A DNA stretch of 64,000 bases from Candidatus Colwellbacteria bacterium CG10_big_fil_rev_8_21_14_0_10_41_28 (lineage in GTDB: Bacteria; Patescibacteriota; Minisyncoccia; UBA6257; Colwellbacteraceae), in contig PFAG01000014.1 of the NCBI GenBank assembly GCA_002773755.1, forward strand, positions 6,634-70,633. Direction: 5' to 3'. Position numbers and translations under genes: made by a program. Positions 19,406-29,441 of this stretch are shown here, piece after piece. Each line of letters begins with the position of its first letter. Position 1 is the stretch's first letter. A model generated the notes under the pieces. It was not told the origin of the DNA, did not search any database, and was given only the letters and a program-made list of their open reading frames with translations.

Positions 19406-19678
19406 ATGCAGTTACACGAACTTAATCCTGAACATAAGAATAAGACCAAGAAGAGAATTGGCAGAGGCGGAAAAAGAGGAACTTATTCTGGTAGAGGAAT
19501 GAAGGGACAGAACGCCAGAGCAGGAAGGAAGCTTAGACCAGCAATAAGGGATCTAATTCAGCAATTACCTAAACTTCGTGGTTCAAAGAACTTCGGACCT
19601 AGGCATAAAAAGAAAAAGAGGGTAAGCTCAGATAGTAGTCCAAAACAGGAGAAATCAGAGCAAAAGGATGTTCAATAA
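19406..19678 (+). CDS. rplO: 50S ribosomal protein L15 (truncated, 90 aa); follows S5 directly - no L30 gene
   Basis: N-terminal L15 motif KKRIGRGGKRGTYSGRGMKGQNARAG; C-terminal half replaced by basic tail. Confidence 0.7.
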   Translation: MQLHELNPEHKNKTKKRIGRGGKRGTYSGRGMKGQNARAGRKLRPAIRDLIQQLPKLRGSKNFGPRHKKKKRVSSDSSPKQEKSEQKDVQ

Positions 19679-20939
19679 ACTAGCGAAGCTATTCAAGTAC
19701 GAGGATCTAAGAAAAAGGGTTATGGTAATAGCCCTTATTCTTTTAATCTTCAGAGTTCTAGCCAATATCCCTATCCCAGGAGTAGATCAGACTGCTCTTA
19801 CTAATTTTTTCTCAGGAAACCAATTCTTTGGCTTCCTTAACATCTTCTCTGGAGGAGCCCTATCCAACCTATCTATAGCTATGCTTGGTCTTGGGCCATA
19901 CATCACGGCTATTATTATCATGCAGCTTCTAACCATGGTATTTCCAAAGCTAAAAACTCTTTACTACGAAGAGGGAGAGATAGGGAGAGCTAAGTTCAAT
20001 AGATATTCAAGGTATGCAACCGTTCCACTAGCTATATTGCAGGGATACGGGTTTCTGAAACTTCTTGCTGCCCAAGGAGTTGTTCCTAATTTAGATTTTG
20101 GATCTATGCTGCTTAACGTAATCGTTATAGTTGCTGGATCTATGGCTCTAGTTTGGTTGGGAGAACTGATTGATGAACAGGGATTGGGAAATGGTGTTTC
20201 TATTCTAATTATGGCCGGTATCGTTAGTGGGCTTCCGCTAGCAATCAGAAATGCCGTTATTAGTTACACTCCAAGCGCCATACCAACGTATATAGCTTTT
20301 GGGGTATTGGCATTGGTTGTTATTGCGGGAATAGTCTTATTGAATGAGGGAGAGAGGAAAGTTCCAATCTCATATGCAAGAAGGGTTAGGGGAAATAAAC
20401 TTTATGGAGGAGTTTCTAGTTATCTACCATTCAAGGTTGGTCAGGCTGGTGTTATCCCAATCATTTTCGCAATATCACTATTACTTTTCCCACAACTTTT
20501 TGGACAGATCATCGCAACTTTCTCGCCAGCAGCAGGAGGAGCAATTAACGAATTTACAGCATCATTTGCGGCTAATCAGATTGCCTATGGAAGCGCCTAC
20601 TTTATTCTGGTTTTCGTCTTCACCTATTTCTATATAGGGGTAACCTTTGATCCTGAAGAAATCTCAAAGAACCTTCAGAGAAATGGTGGATTTATCCCTG
20701 GGATTAGACCAGGACACCCAACAGCACAGTATCTAAAGAGTATTGTTTCTCGTATTACTCTTTTTGGAGCACTTGCTCTTGGCTTTATTGCAATCTTACC
20801 TATTATCACGCAGACAGTTACGGGAACCGCTGCCCTCACAATCGGAGGAACATCTATCTTGATTGTTGTTGCAGTTGCTCTAGATATGGCTAAGAAGATT
20901 GAGTCACAAGTAACCGTTAGGGAATACGAAGGCGTCTAA
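19668..20939 (+). CDS. secY: preprotein translocase SecY
   Basis: 10-TM SecY sequence; operon position. Confidence 0.9.
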   Translation: MFNKLAKLFKYEDLRKRVMVIALILLIFRVLANIPIPGVDQTALTNFFSGNQFFGFLNIFSGGALSNLSIAMLGLGPYITAIIIMQLLTMVFPKLKTLYYEEGEIGRAKFNRYSRYATVPLAILQGYGFLKLLAAQGVVPNLDFGSMLLNVIVIVAGSMALVWLGELIDEQGLGNGVSILIMAGIVSGLPLAIRNAVISYTPSAIPTYIAFGVLALVVIAGIVLLNEGERKVPISYARRVRGNKLYGGVSSYLPFKVGQAGVIPIIFAISLLLFPQLFGQIIATFSPAAGGAINEFTASFAANQIAYGSAYFILVFVFTYFYIGVTFDPEEISKNLQRNGGFIPGIRPGHPTAQYLKSIVSRITLFGALALGFIAILPIITQTVTGTAALTIGGTSILIVVAVALDMAKKIESQVTVREYEGV

Positions 20940-21502
20940 TGATGCAGGCAGTAATAGTTAGTGGTCCTCCCGGATCAGGTAAATCAACTCAAGCCAAGAG
21001 GTTGGCTGAAAAACACTCTCTGACTCATTTTGATACAGGCAGTTTTCTTCATGAAATTCCAGAGTTCGAAAAGACCATAGCGGAGGGGGATATAATCGAT
21101 TCCAGAAAAATCTTACCCTTAGTAAGAGAGAAAATTTTTGAGATATCTAAAGACAATGGAATTGTCTTAAGTGGTTCTCCGAGAACTACCCTGGAAGCTA
21201 TGGGAGATAGCGAAACAGAAGGTATCATGAAAATCCTTGAGGGTATATATGGGAAAGAAAACATTCATGTATTTAAAATAGAGATCCCAGAAGAGGTATC
21301 CATAGAAAGGAATAGTAAAAGAACCGATCACAGGGCTGACGATAAACTTGATGTTATAGTCCACAGGCTTAAAGAATATAGGGAAGACACTATGCCTATG
21401 TACGAAAAAATAGAAGAGTCTGGGTACAATCTATATAAAATAGATGGCACACCATCAAGAGAAGAAGTTTTTGATCAAATAGAGGCACAACTTAATGAGT
21501 AG
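20939..21502 (+). CDS. adk: adenylate kinase
   Basis: P-loop GPPGSGKSTQ, GSPRT (G[FY]PRT-like), LID-region RxxDD. Confidence 0.8.
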   Translation: MMQAVIVSGPPGSGKSTQAKRLAEKHSLTHFDTGSFLHEIPEFEKTIAEGDIIDSRKILPLVREKIFEISKDNGIVLSGSPRTTLEAMGDSETEGIMKILEGIYGKENIHVFKIEIPEEVSIERNSKRTDHRADDKLDVIVHRLKEYREDTMPMYEKIEESGYNLYKIDGTPSREEVFDQIEAQLNE

Positions 21503-22262
21503 TTCTTTTGTTAAATCGCCAGAGAAGATAGAAAAGATCAAACACTCTGGTCGTATTTTGGGCTTTGCTCTTAAGAAACTAAGAGAGCATGTTGCCCCTG
21601 GGGTTAGCCTTCTTGAGCTAGAAGATCTTGCGAGAGAAGTTATAGAAGAGCATGGTGGTAAGCCAGCCTTCCTCGGATATCAACCATACGGAGCTGAGGA
21701 ACCTTTCCCTTTTGCTCTCTGTACATCAGTTAACGATGTTATTGTGCACGGTAGGCCATATGACCTTGTTCTTAAAGATGGGGATATTGTCTCTTTAGAT
21801 TTGGGAGTTAACTGGAAGGGAGGCATTAGCGACGCTGCTATATCTATTGGTGTTGGAAAAGTTTCAAAGCAAGATCAGAAGTTAATACAGGTAACCAAAG
21901 AAGCCTTGGAGGAGGGGATTAAGGTAATTAAGGCGGGAAAGACAACTGGAGATATTGGACATGCAATAGAGAAGAAAATTCTCTCTGGTGGTGGAAAGAT
22001 TATCCATAGTCTTACTGGTCACGGTGTTGGTGATAAGGTTCATGAAGATCCACCTATATACAACTATGGAAGTCCTGGAAGTGGAGTTACCCTAGAAGAG
22101 GGAATGGTTATAGCGATTGAGCCTATGGTCTCTTTTACCAGTGGCTATATTAAACAGTTAGAGGATGATAGCTACGCCACCATGGATGGCAGTAGATCGG
22201 CCCATTTTGAGCATACAGTACTTGTTAGGAAGAACTCTGGAGAGATATTAACTAAAGGCTAG
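21495..22262 (+). CDS. map: type I methionine aminopeptidase
   Basis: Pita-bread fold motifs; ends the ribosomal superoperon. Confidence 0.85.
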   Translation: MSSSFVKSPEKIEKIKHSGRILGFALKKLREHVAPGVSLLELEDLAREVIEEHGGKPAFLGYQPYGAEEPFPFALCTSVNDVIVHGRPYDLVLKDGDIVSLDLGVNWKGGISDAAISIGVGKVSKQDQKLIQVTKEALEEGIKVIKAGKTTGDIGHAIEKKILSGGGKIIHSLTGHGVGDKVHEDPPIYNYGSPGSGVTLEEGMVIAIEPMVSFTSGYIKQLEDDSYATMDGSRSAHFEHTVLVRKNSGEILTKG

Positions 22263-23580
22263 GGGACATATCGAAGGTAGATAGGTTCTTGCTTGTCGCA
22301 ATATATATAAGATCAGCATCACCATCATAGTGGAATGTTCTGGCATCTTCTGAAATTAATTCTTTAGAGATTGGAGCCTCTTTGTCTATCTCCCAGAAAT
22401 ACAATTTATTGTCCGTTCTTACTAAAAGGTGGGCATAATCCCTATACCACTCCAGTTGAGAAAAGTTTCCCTCAAAACTTCCTATATCAATAATCTTTGT
22501 TTCATTTCGCTTCTTTCTATATATAGAAATACTAGAGTTACCTCGTATCATGGCAATTTGTTCTCCGCCTGGAGATAAATAGAAATCTACAATATCTTCA
22601 GCAATTTTTTCGAGGTTTGTCGAATATAGGTATAGTTCATTATTATCAGTCAAAAGAAAGGTTCCTGTGGCGGATAGTCTTATTTTTTTATACGAACCGA
22701 ATTCACTGGTCTCTTCGGAAAATTTTAGAGTTGTTGAATTATTAGTTTTGGGGTCATAGACCATAACAGTTCCTTCGTTATTAATATAAGTCACAAGATC
22801 ATCCTCCTGAATTGAGAATTCGTTTGTGTCAGAGGTAATTAGATCTATCCCTAGATCATCTGTATCTAAGTAGTAGATAGCTCTTTCAGTTGAGAGTATC
22901 ATTTCTCTCCCATCACCAATCAAAGCTGCTTTAGACAAATCAACTTCACCAGGGAGATCTAAGACAGACTCTTTGAGATTATTAAAGACTAGTGTCACGT
23001 TAAGCTGATTTTGTAGCGTAAAAGCGTTTACTAAGTAATAGTTATCCGTAGTAATACTTTTTGTTAGAGCAATTCCATTCCTTTTATTGTCAACAATTCT
23101 ATGTCCAAGTACCTGTTCGTCATTAATCCACACGCCATTATTATTTTGAAAAATAATCTGCTCATCTCCAAGAATAGAAAAGTCTGAGACAACTTGATCT
23201 ATAAATAGTTCCGGCGATATGTCTGGGACTAAAACCACTGAGTCAAATGTAGTTACTGTCTCTGGGAGGACAACGGGATTTTTCTTCCACTTCCTATACC
23301 CCTCTCTTGTAACCAAAAGTTCGTGAACATCTGGAACAAGGTTAGTAATCAAAGTTCCTCTCTGGAGAAGACCCGACTGATTCTTAACAGCAGCATCATT
23401 CAAGAGTATCTCTGCATCTGTCGGGATGCTTGAGATGTATATACCGCCAGTTTCATTAAAAGAGAAAGATGCAAAATCAAAATTGAATCCTCTAGAATTT
23501 TGGATTATAAGAACACTCGCCAAAAGAAAAAGGAGAGTAAATGAATAAAATATGAATCGTCTGGTCTTAATAGACATCAA
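22252..23580 (-). CDS. hypothetical membrane-anchored extracytoplasmic protein (PEGA-like N-domain + beta-rich region)
   Basis: N-terminal TM; GGIYISSIPTDAEILLND..LVTREGYRKWK resembles PEGA domain; no enzyme motif. Confidence 0.55.
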   Translation of the reverse strand: MMSIKTRRFIFYSFTLLFLLASVLIIQNSRGFNFDFASFSFNETGGIYISSIPTDAEILLNDAAVKNQSGLLQRGTLITNLVPDVHELLVTREGYRKWKKNPVVLPETVTTFDSVVLVPDISPELFIDQVVSDFSILGDEQIIFQNNNGVWINDEQVLGHRIVDNKRNGIALTKSITTDNYYLVNAFTLQNQLNVTLVFNNLKESVLDLPGEVDLSKAALIGDGREMILSTERAIYYLDTDDLGIDLITSDTNEFSIQEDDLVTYINNEGTVMVYDPKTNNSTTLKFSEETSEFGSYKKIRLSATGTFLLTDNNELYLYSTNLEKIAEDIVDFYLSPGGEQIAMIRGNSSISIYRKKRNETKIIDIGSFEGNFSQLEWYRDYAHLLVRTDNKLYFWEIDKEAPISKELISEDARTFHYDGDADLIYIATSKNLSTFDMSPSL

Positions 23581-23597
23581 AACATATAATAGAAGAC

Positions 23598-24863
23598 GTG
23601 AAATTCATTGTAAACGGCGGGAAACAGCTCAGCGGAGAAATTGATGTGAGGGGATCTAAGAACGCAGCTACTCCAATTCTTGCTGCAACCCTATTAACAG
23701 ACAGAACTTGTGTCATAAAAAACCTTCCACTAATAGGAGATGTTTTGATAGTTATCAATATTCTAGAGGAACTAGGTGCCGACATTGAGTGGATTGATGA
23801 AAGAAGCATCAGAATCAAGAACAATGAATTTGATCCTTTTGATCTTCCTCGTGATCTTGTCCGCAAGATTAGATCATCCATTCTTTTAATAGGTCCCATC
23901 TTAGCTAGATACGGCAAGATCAAGCTTAATACACCAGGAGGTTGCCACATTGGTGTCCGACCGATGGATGCACATTTTGATGCCTTCAAAGATCTTGGCT
24001 TTAATGTTGATTACGATGAAAAAGAAGATCTATACACGGTTCAAAAAGGCGGAGAATCTCTGAAGAAGATAACTCTTAAGGAGTTCTCTGTTACGGCTAC
24101 AGAAAACCTTTTGATGTATGGAGCAATGAACCCAGGTCTTCAGATTGAAATTGCCGCAACTGAACCGCATGTCGTTGATCTCGGTAAGTTCATCTCTAAA
24201 TTAGGGGCTGAGATAGAGGGCCTTGGAACTCATGACATAAAAGTAAACAAGGGGATTGATGCAGGAGGAGGTGATGTGGAACATAATATAACCAGCGACT
24301 ACATAGAAGCAGGGACATATATTGTTCTTGCAGCAGCCACAAAGAGTAATTTGAGAATTAAGAATGTTCCAGTAGGTGATTTGGTCATACCCCTTTTAAA
24401 GTTAAGAGAGTCTAACCTTATCTATGAAATAGATGGAAAGGATGTCATTGTAAAAGGAGCCGAATCCGAATTAGTTTCTCCTGGAAAGATAATGACTCAA
24501 CCTCACCCCGGATTTCCTTCAGATCTACAGGCTCCCTTCGGAGTATTAGCGACTCAAGCTAGGGGAACCACAAAAATCTTTGACACTCTTTATGAGGGAA
24601 GATTAAAATACCTTTACGAACTTGATAAGATGGGTGCGGCTGTTGAGATACTTGGCCCACACAGGGCGATCATAAAAGGCCCTAAACATTTACACGGTAA
24701 GAATGTCGAAAGCCTTGATTTAAGAGCAGGAGCAACATTAATAATTGCTGCCCTTGTTGCCGAGGGAGAAAGCACTCTCCATGGTGTGGAACAGATAGAT
24801 AGGGGATATGAGAAGATAGAAGAGCGTCTCAGTGCGATCGGAGCAGATATTAAAAGAATATAA
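23598..24863 (+). CDS. murA: UDP-N-acetylglucosamine 1-carboxyvinyltransferase
   Basis: MurA/EPSP-synthase fold sequence; GTG start likely. Confidence 0.9.
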   Translation: MKFIVNGGKQLSGEIDVRGSKNAATPILAATLLTDRTCVIKNLPLIGDVLIVINILEELGADIEWIDERSIRIKNNEFDPFDLPRDLVRKIRSSILLIGPILARYGKIKLNTPGGCHIGVRPMDAHFDAFKDLGFNVDYDEKEDLYTVQKGGESLKKITLKEFSVTATENLLMYGAMNPGLQIEIAATEPHVVDLGKFISKLGAEIEGLGTHDIKVNKGIDAGGGDVEHNITSDYIEAGTYIVLAAATKSNLRIKNVPVGDLVIPLLKLRESNLIYEIDGKDVIVKGAESELVSPGKIMTQPHPGFPSDLQAPFGVLATQARGTTKIFDTLYEGRLKYLYELDKMGAAVEILGPHRAIIKGPKHLHGKNVESLDLRAGATLIIAALVAEGESTLHGVEQIDRGYEKIEERLSAIGADIKRI

Positions 24864-24867
24864 ATAG

Positions 24868-25878
24868 ATGTTAACTAGAAAAATAGGAATTGATTTAGGA
24901 ACAACTAACACTGTTGTTTTTGTTCCCGGAAGGGGATTTATCATAAACGAACCAACAATCGTTGCTTTAAACGAACAAGACAATAGCGTTCTGGCTGTTG
25001 GAAGAGAGGCAAAAGACATGGTGGGTAAGACTCCTGGAGATATAAGGGCCTACAGACCTCTTAAAGATGGTGTTGTTGCAGACTACTACATAACAAGAGC
25101 TATGCTTAAATACTTTATAAGCAAGGCGGTTGGTAGCTTTAATCTAATTAGACCAGATGTGGTTATATCAGTCCCAGCAGGGATAACTGCAACTGAAAGA
25201 AGGGCAGTTAAAAACGCTGCAGTAGAGGCTGGGGCAAAGAATGCCCACCTAGTTAAAGAGCCTCTTCTTGCTGCACTAGGAGCTGGAATAACTATTAATT
25301 CATCTTCAGGCAACATGATTGTTAATATCGGCGGAGGGACAGCTGAGGTTGCTGTTATCTCTCTCGGAGGAATTGTTACCTTCTCAAGTTTAAGAGTTGC
25401 TGGTAATAAATTTGATACATCTATAATGGAGTATGTTAAGAAAAACTATTCCGTATCTATCGGAGAACAGACTGCAGAGGCAGCCAAGATTGCTATTGGA
25501 ACAGCTGTACCAACTAAATCAAAACTAGAATTTCGAATCAGAGGAAGAGATTTGGTTACTGGTCTACCAAAAGACCTTAACATAACATCAAATGAAATTG
25601 CAGAGGCCATTAATCCACTTCTAATGGATATAGCATCATCAGTTCAGGGAGTATTTAACGAAACTCCACCCGAGCTTGTTGCAGATGTTATGGAAAAAGG
25701 AATCATTCTCTCTGGAGGAAGTTCTGGGTTAAGGAACATAGACGAGTTCTTTAAGAGACTGTTAGGGGTTCCGGCGTACGTTGCCGAAGATGCGATTCTT
25801 TGTGTAGCAAAAGGAACAGGACTGATCTTAGACCACCTAGATGTATACAAAAAAACACTTCTAAGCAAGAACCGATAA
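24868..25878 (+). CDS. mreB: rod shape-determining protein MreB (copy 1)
   Basis: IGIDLGTTNT.. actin-like ATPase. Confidence 0.9.
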   Translation: MLTRKIGIDLGTTNTVVFVPGRGFIINEPTIVALNEQDNSVLAVGREAKDMVGKTPGDIRAYRPLKDGVVADYYITRAMLKYFISKAVGSFNLIRPDVVISVPAGITATERRAVKNAAVEAGAKNAHLVKEPLLAALGAGITINSSSGNMIVNIGGGTAEVAVISLGGIVTFSSLRVAGNKFDTSIMEYVKKNYSVSIGEQTAEAAKIAIGTAVPTKSKLEFRIRGRDLVTGLPKDLNITSNEIAEAINPLLMDIASSVQGVFNETPPELVADVMEKGIILSGGSSGLRNIDEFFKRLLGVPAYVAEDAILCVAKGTGLILDHLDVYKKTLLSKNR

Positions 25879-25879
25879 A

Positions 25880-26707
25880 GTGATTCTAGGTCATTCCGAA
25901 AAGATTAAGATATTCAAAGACCTTGCTGACAAGGATGGCCTTTCACACGCATATCTTTTCTATGGCCCAGAACAGGTTGGGAAAAATCATTTTGCCAAAG
26001 CTCTCTCAGCATATCTGGAACATGGTGAATTCGAAGAATCCAAAAGGCTTCTTTCAGAAACCTTGACTGTTCTTCCGGGAGAGGATAAGGATAGTATTGG
26101 TATAGATGAGGTTCGTGTGGCTAAAACTTTTTTGTATCGTAAGCCTGTTAACTCAGAAAAAAGATTAGTTATTATAGATAACTCTGATTTATTAACCTCG
26201 CAAGCTCAAAATGCTATTTTGAAGATTACCGAAGAACCTCCAAAAACAGGAATCATAATCCTGATTACAAAAAACCCCGATACACTGTTACCAACTTTGA
26301 GATCAAGAGTTCAGCAAGTATATTTTTCTCGCCTCAAATCAGATGATCTTAAAAACTTTCTTAAAAAAGAGAGGGGTCTAGCTGATGATGAAATCGAAAG
26401 AATTGTTAAGCTCTCTTTTGGTAGGCCAGGGAGAATGTTTGATTTGATTGACACAGATAAGTATAAGGATCTTCTGAAGATCTTTAATAATCTTAAAAAA
26501 GATTCTAAAGTTAAGAGGAGCACTATCGAAGAGATTTCAAAAGAGGGGGACTATAGAGAATTATTAGACTATCTAATAGCAGTTCTTTCCGAGAAGCCTT
26601 TAGAAAACTATAAACTGTTGGCTAAGATAATGGATGCCAAACAAAAGATGGGTGATTATTCCACAAACAAGAGACTTCAGTTAGAATCAGCATTATGGAA
26701 CATCTAG
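25880..26707 (+). CDS. holB: DNA polymerase III delta-prime subunit-like AAA+ clamp-loader protein
   Basis: HAYLFYGPEQVGK.. , SRVQ box, 275 aa. Confidence 0.6.
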   Translation: MILGHSEKIKIFKDLADKDGLSHAYLFYGPEQVGKNHFAKALSAYLEHGEFEESKRLLSETLTVLPGEDKDSIGIDEVRVAKTFLYRKPVNSEKRLVIIDNSDLLTSQAQNAILKITEEPPKTGIIILITKNPDTLLPTLRSRVQQVYFSRLKSDDLKNFLKKERGLADDEIERIVKLSFGRPGRMFDLIDTDKYKDLLKIFNNLKKDSKVKRSTIEEISKEGDYRELLDYLIAVLSEKPLENYKLLAKIMDAKQKMGDYSTNKRLQLESALWNI

Positions 26708-27228
26708 AAAAAGCTAAAGAACAATTTAAATCAGTTATAGAATCTCTTAAGGCAGAGTTTACAAACATAAGAACTAATAGACCTAATCCTAAGATGATCG
26801 AGGATATAGAGGTTGAATATATGGAGCGGCCCACCCCCATCAAGCACATTGGCTCAATTGGTGTTGAGCCACCACGAAGTCTTCTAGTTAATGTTTGGGA
26901 TGAGAGTGCCGCAAAGGGAGTTGCCAGTGGTATAGAAAAAGCTAGTCTGGGGTTTGGAGTGTCTGTCCAGGGGAAAACCATCAGGGTGAATCTTCCAGAG
27001 CTAACTCAAGAGAGAAAAGATGAATTAATGAAGATTGTTAAAAAGACTGCCGAAGAATTCAAGATAAGAATGAGAACCCAAAGAGAAGACATTAGGAAGG
27101 CTATTAAAGAAATCAAAGACGAAGATGATCGCTTTAAGGCAGAGGCAAAACTTCAAGACATCGTAGACGGGTTTAATAAAGAAGTTGATCAGCTTGTTGA
27201 TTCTAAGGAAAAGGAAATAATGGAATAG
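26695..27228 (+). CDS. frr: ribosome recycling factor
   Basis: RRF family sequence. Confidence 0.9.
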   Translation: MEHLEKAKEQFKSVIESLKAEFTNIRTNRPNPKMIEDIEVEYMERPTPIKHIGSIGVEPPRSLLVNVWDESAAKGVASGIEKASLGFGVSVQGKTIRVNLPELTQERKDELMKIVKKTAEEFKIRMRTQREDIRKAIKEIKDEDDRFKAEAKLQDIVDGFNKEVDQLVDSKEKEIME

Positions 27229-28224
27229 ATGATAACCCTAATAACAATTCTTTTAATTGTCATTTTAGTATTTGGCCATGAATTTGGTCATTTTATTGCA
27301 GCTAAAATATCTGGGATAAGAGTTGATGAGTTTGGAATAGGTTTTCCTCCAAAAATATTCTCAAAAAAATGGGGAGAGACTGAATATAGTATTAACGCAA
27401 TACCTTTTGGTGGCTTCGTTAGGATTCATGGAGAGAATTCAACTGATGTAGACGAGGATCACTCGAGAAGTTTTTCTATTCAACCATTCTACAAAAAAGC
27501 TTTTGTCATAATCTCGGGAGTGGCTATGAATTTCCTATTGGCTTGGGTCGCCTTCTCAATTTTCTTTAGTGTTGGGATATCAAATACTCTAATCATCCAA
27601 GATGTTGTCTCTGGTAGTCCTGCTGATGTTGCTGGTTTCGAGCCAGGGGAAAGAATTCAAGGATTCACGGATGGAGATGAATTCATCGCGTACATAGATT
27701 CCAACCTAGGCAAAGAAATCCTGCTTAACGAAAGGACAGTAACACCAAGAGAGAACCCTCCAGAAGATGAGGGAGCTCTGGGAATAGTTTTTGCTCCAAT
27801 TGAAGTGGAGGCCATTGGCCCACTCCAGAGTATTGGGGAAGGCTTTAAGATGACTATTGAGTTAACATGGCTCATAATCCTAGCCTTTGGATCTTTAATA
27901 GCGTCCATCTTTACAGGAAATACTGAAATAGTTGGGCAAGTTGCGGGTCCGATTGGCGTATTCAACTTAGTTAGAGAGGGCTCTGCTCTTGGATTAGGAC
28001 CACTTATGCAGATAATGGGGTTAATCTCTCTTCATCTAGCTGTGCTTAACCTAGTTCCTTTTCCGGCCCTTGATGGTGGAAGGCTTCTTTTTATAGCCAT
28101 AAGGGACTTCTCTAAAGGAAAAATCCTTACTGAAAAGACTGAGGCTATCGTTAACACCATTGGATTTGGTATATTAATTTTACTTATGGTTCTGGTGACT
28201 ATTAGAGATATAATAAATTTGTAA
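27229..28224 (+). CDS. rseP: RIP metalloprotease RseP (M50, PDZ-containing)
   Basis: HEFGHF in TM1, PDZ region, C-terminal LDGG. Confidence 0.75.
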   Translation: MITLITILLIVILVFGHEFGHFIAAKISGIRVDEFGIGFPPKIFSKKWGETEYSINAIPFGGFVRIHGENSTDVDEDHSRSFSIQPFYKKAFVIISGVAMNFLLAWVAFSIFFSVGISNTLIIQDVVSGSPADVAGFEPGERIQGFTDGDEFIAYIDSNLGKEILLNERTVTPRENPPEDEGALGIVFAPIEVEAIGPLQSIGEGFKMTIELTWLIILAFGSLIASIFTGNTEIVGQVAGPIGVFNLVREGSALGLGPLMQIMGLISLHLAVLNLVPFPALDGGRLLFIAIRDFSKGKILTEKTEAIVNTIGFGILILLMVLVTIRDIINL

Positions 28225-29441
28225 TGAAACAGTCTCATTTATACACAAAGACAAGAAAAACTCTTCCAAGTGGAGAGGTTGCTAAAAATGCACAACTTTT
28301 AATCAAAGCAGGATATATTCACAAAGAACTCGCTGGAGTGTATGCATTCTTACCACTTGGCATAAGGGTCATGAATAAAATAGAGGACCTTATTCGCAGC
28401 CATATGGATAAGATAGGAGGCCAAGAGATACTGCTCTCATCACTTCAAGATCCAGAGCTTTGGAAAAAGAATAATCGTTGGGATGATGATGATGTTGATA
28501 TCTGGTTTAAGGATAGAGATGAAAGAATTGGTTTTGCCTGGTCCCATGAAGAACCAATGATATCGATGATCGAGCACCATGTCTCTTCATACAAAGACCT
28601 TCCTGTATATGTGTATCAATTCCAGAACAAATTTAGGAATGAGCCAAGGGCCAAAAGTGGACTTCTAAGAGGAAGAGAATTCATTATGAAAGACCTATAC
28701 TCCTTCACTAAGAATCAGGATGAATTAGATGAATTCTACAGAAAGATCACAGATGCTTATAAAGAGATTTTTAATGTTGCTGGGATAGGGGATCAAACCT
28801 ACTACACTTTTGCTAGCGGTGGAGCCTTTACAGAGTTTAGTCATGAGTTCCAAACCCTAAGTGATGCTGGTGAAGATACTATATATATCGATAGGGATAA
28901 GAAAATTGCCATTAACGAAGAGGTGTACTCAAAAGAAATAGTGAAAGAGCTTGGACTAGATGAGAAAAAACTGGAGAAAGTTAAATCAATTGAGACGGGA
29001 AATATCTTCAAATTTGGAACTGGATATTCAGAGAAGCTTAACCTCAAATACAAAGATGCAGATGGAAAGGATCAGTTTGTATATCTTGGTAGCTATGGAA
29101 TCGGTCTCAGCAGATTAATGGCAACTGTGGTTGAGGTTCTTTCAGATGATGGTGGCATCGTTTGGCCAGAGAGCATCAGCCCATTCCAAGTTCACCTAAT
29201 CGAACTTACGGAAGGCTTAGGAGAGGATCTATACCAAAAATTACTGGATAATAATATTGAAGTTCTCTATGATGATCGACAGATTGGAGCTGGGGAGAAA
29301 TTTAATGATGCCGATTTGATTGGAATTCCATGGAGGTTAGTTGTTAGCGAAAAAACAGATGGCAAAGTTGAGATCAAAAACAGGTCAGAGAAATCAGCTC
29401 AATTAATTACTAAAGATGAAGCTATTAAAAAATTTATATAA
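28224..29441 (+). CDS. proS: proline--tRNA ligase (short form without editing insertion)
   Basis: N-terminal ProRS motif (AGYIHKELAGVYAFLPLGIRV), class II core, C-terminal anticodon-binding domain. Confidence 0.75.
   Translation: MKQSHLYTKTRKTLPSGEVAKNAQLLIKAGYIHKELAGVYAFLPLGIRVMNKIEDLIRSHMDKIGGQEILLSSLQDPELWKKNNRWDDDDVDIWFKDRDERIGFAWSHEEPMISMIEHHVSSYKDLPVYVYQFQNKFRNEPRAKSGLLRGREFIMKDLYSFTKNQDELDEFYRKITDAYKEIFNVAGIGDQTYYTFASGGAFTEFSHEFQTLSDAGEDTIYIDRDKKIAINEEVYSKEIVKELGLDEKKLEKVKSIETGNIFKFGTGYSEKLNLKYKDADGKDQFVYLGSYGIGLSRLMATVVEVLSDDGGIVWPESISPFQVHLIELTEGLGEDLYQKLLDNNIEVLYDDRQIGAGEKFNDADLIGIPWRLVVSEKTDGKVEIKNRSEKSAQLITKDEAIKKFI

Noticed and set aside
23567-23989. 140-aa minus-strand ORF overlapping murA start
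   Set aside because: Antisense to the well-supported murA gene. It is one of several antisense ORFs across this window (for example 960-1230, 3537-3937, 6845-7414, 16210-16596, 29601-30158) judged to be frame shadows of real genes.
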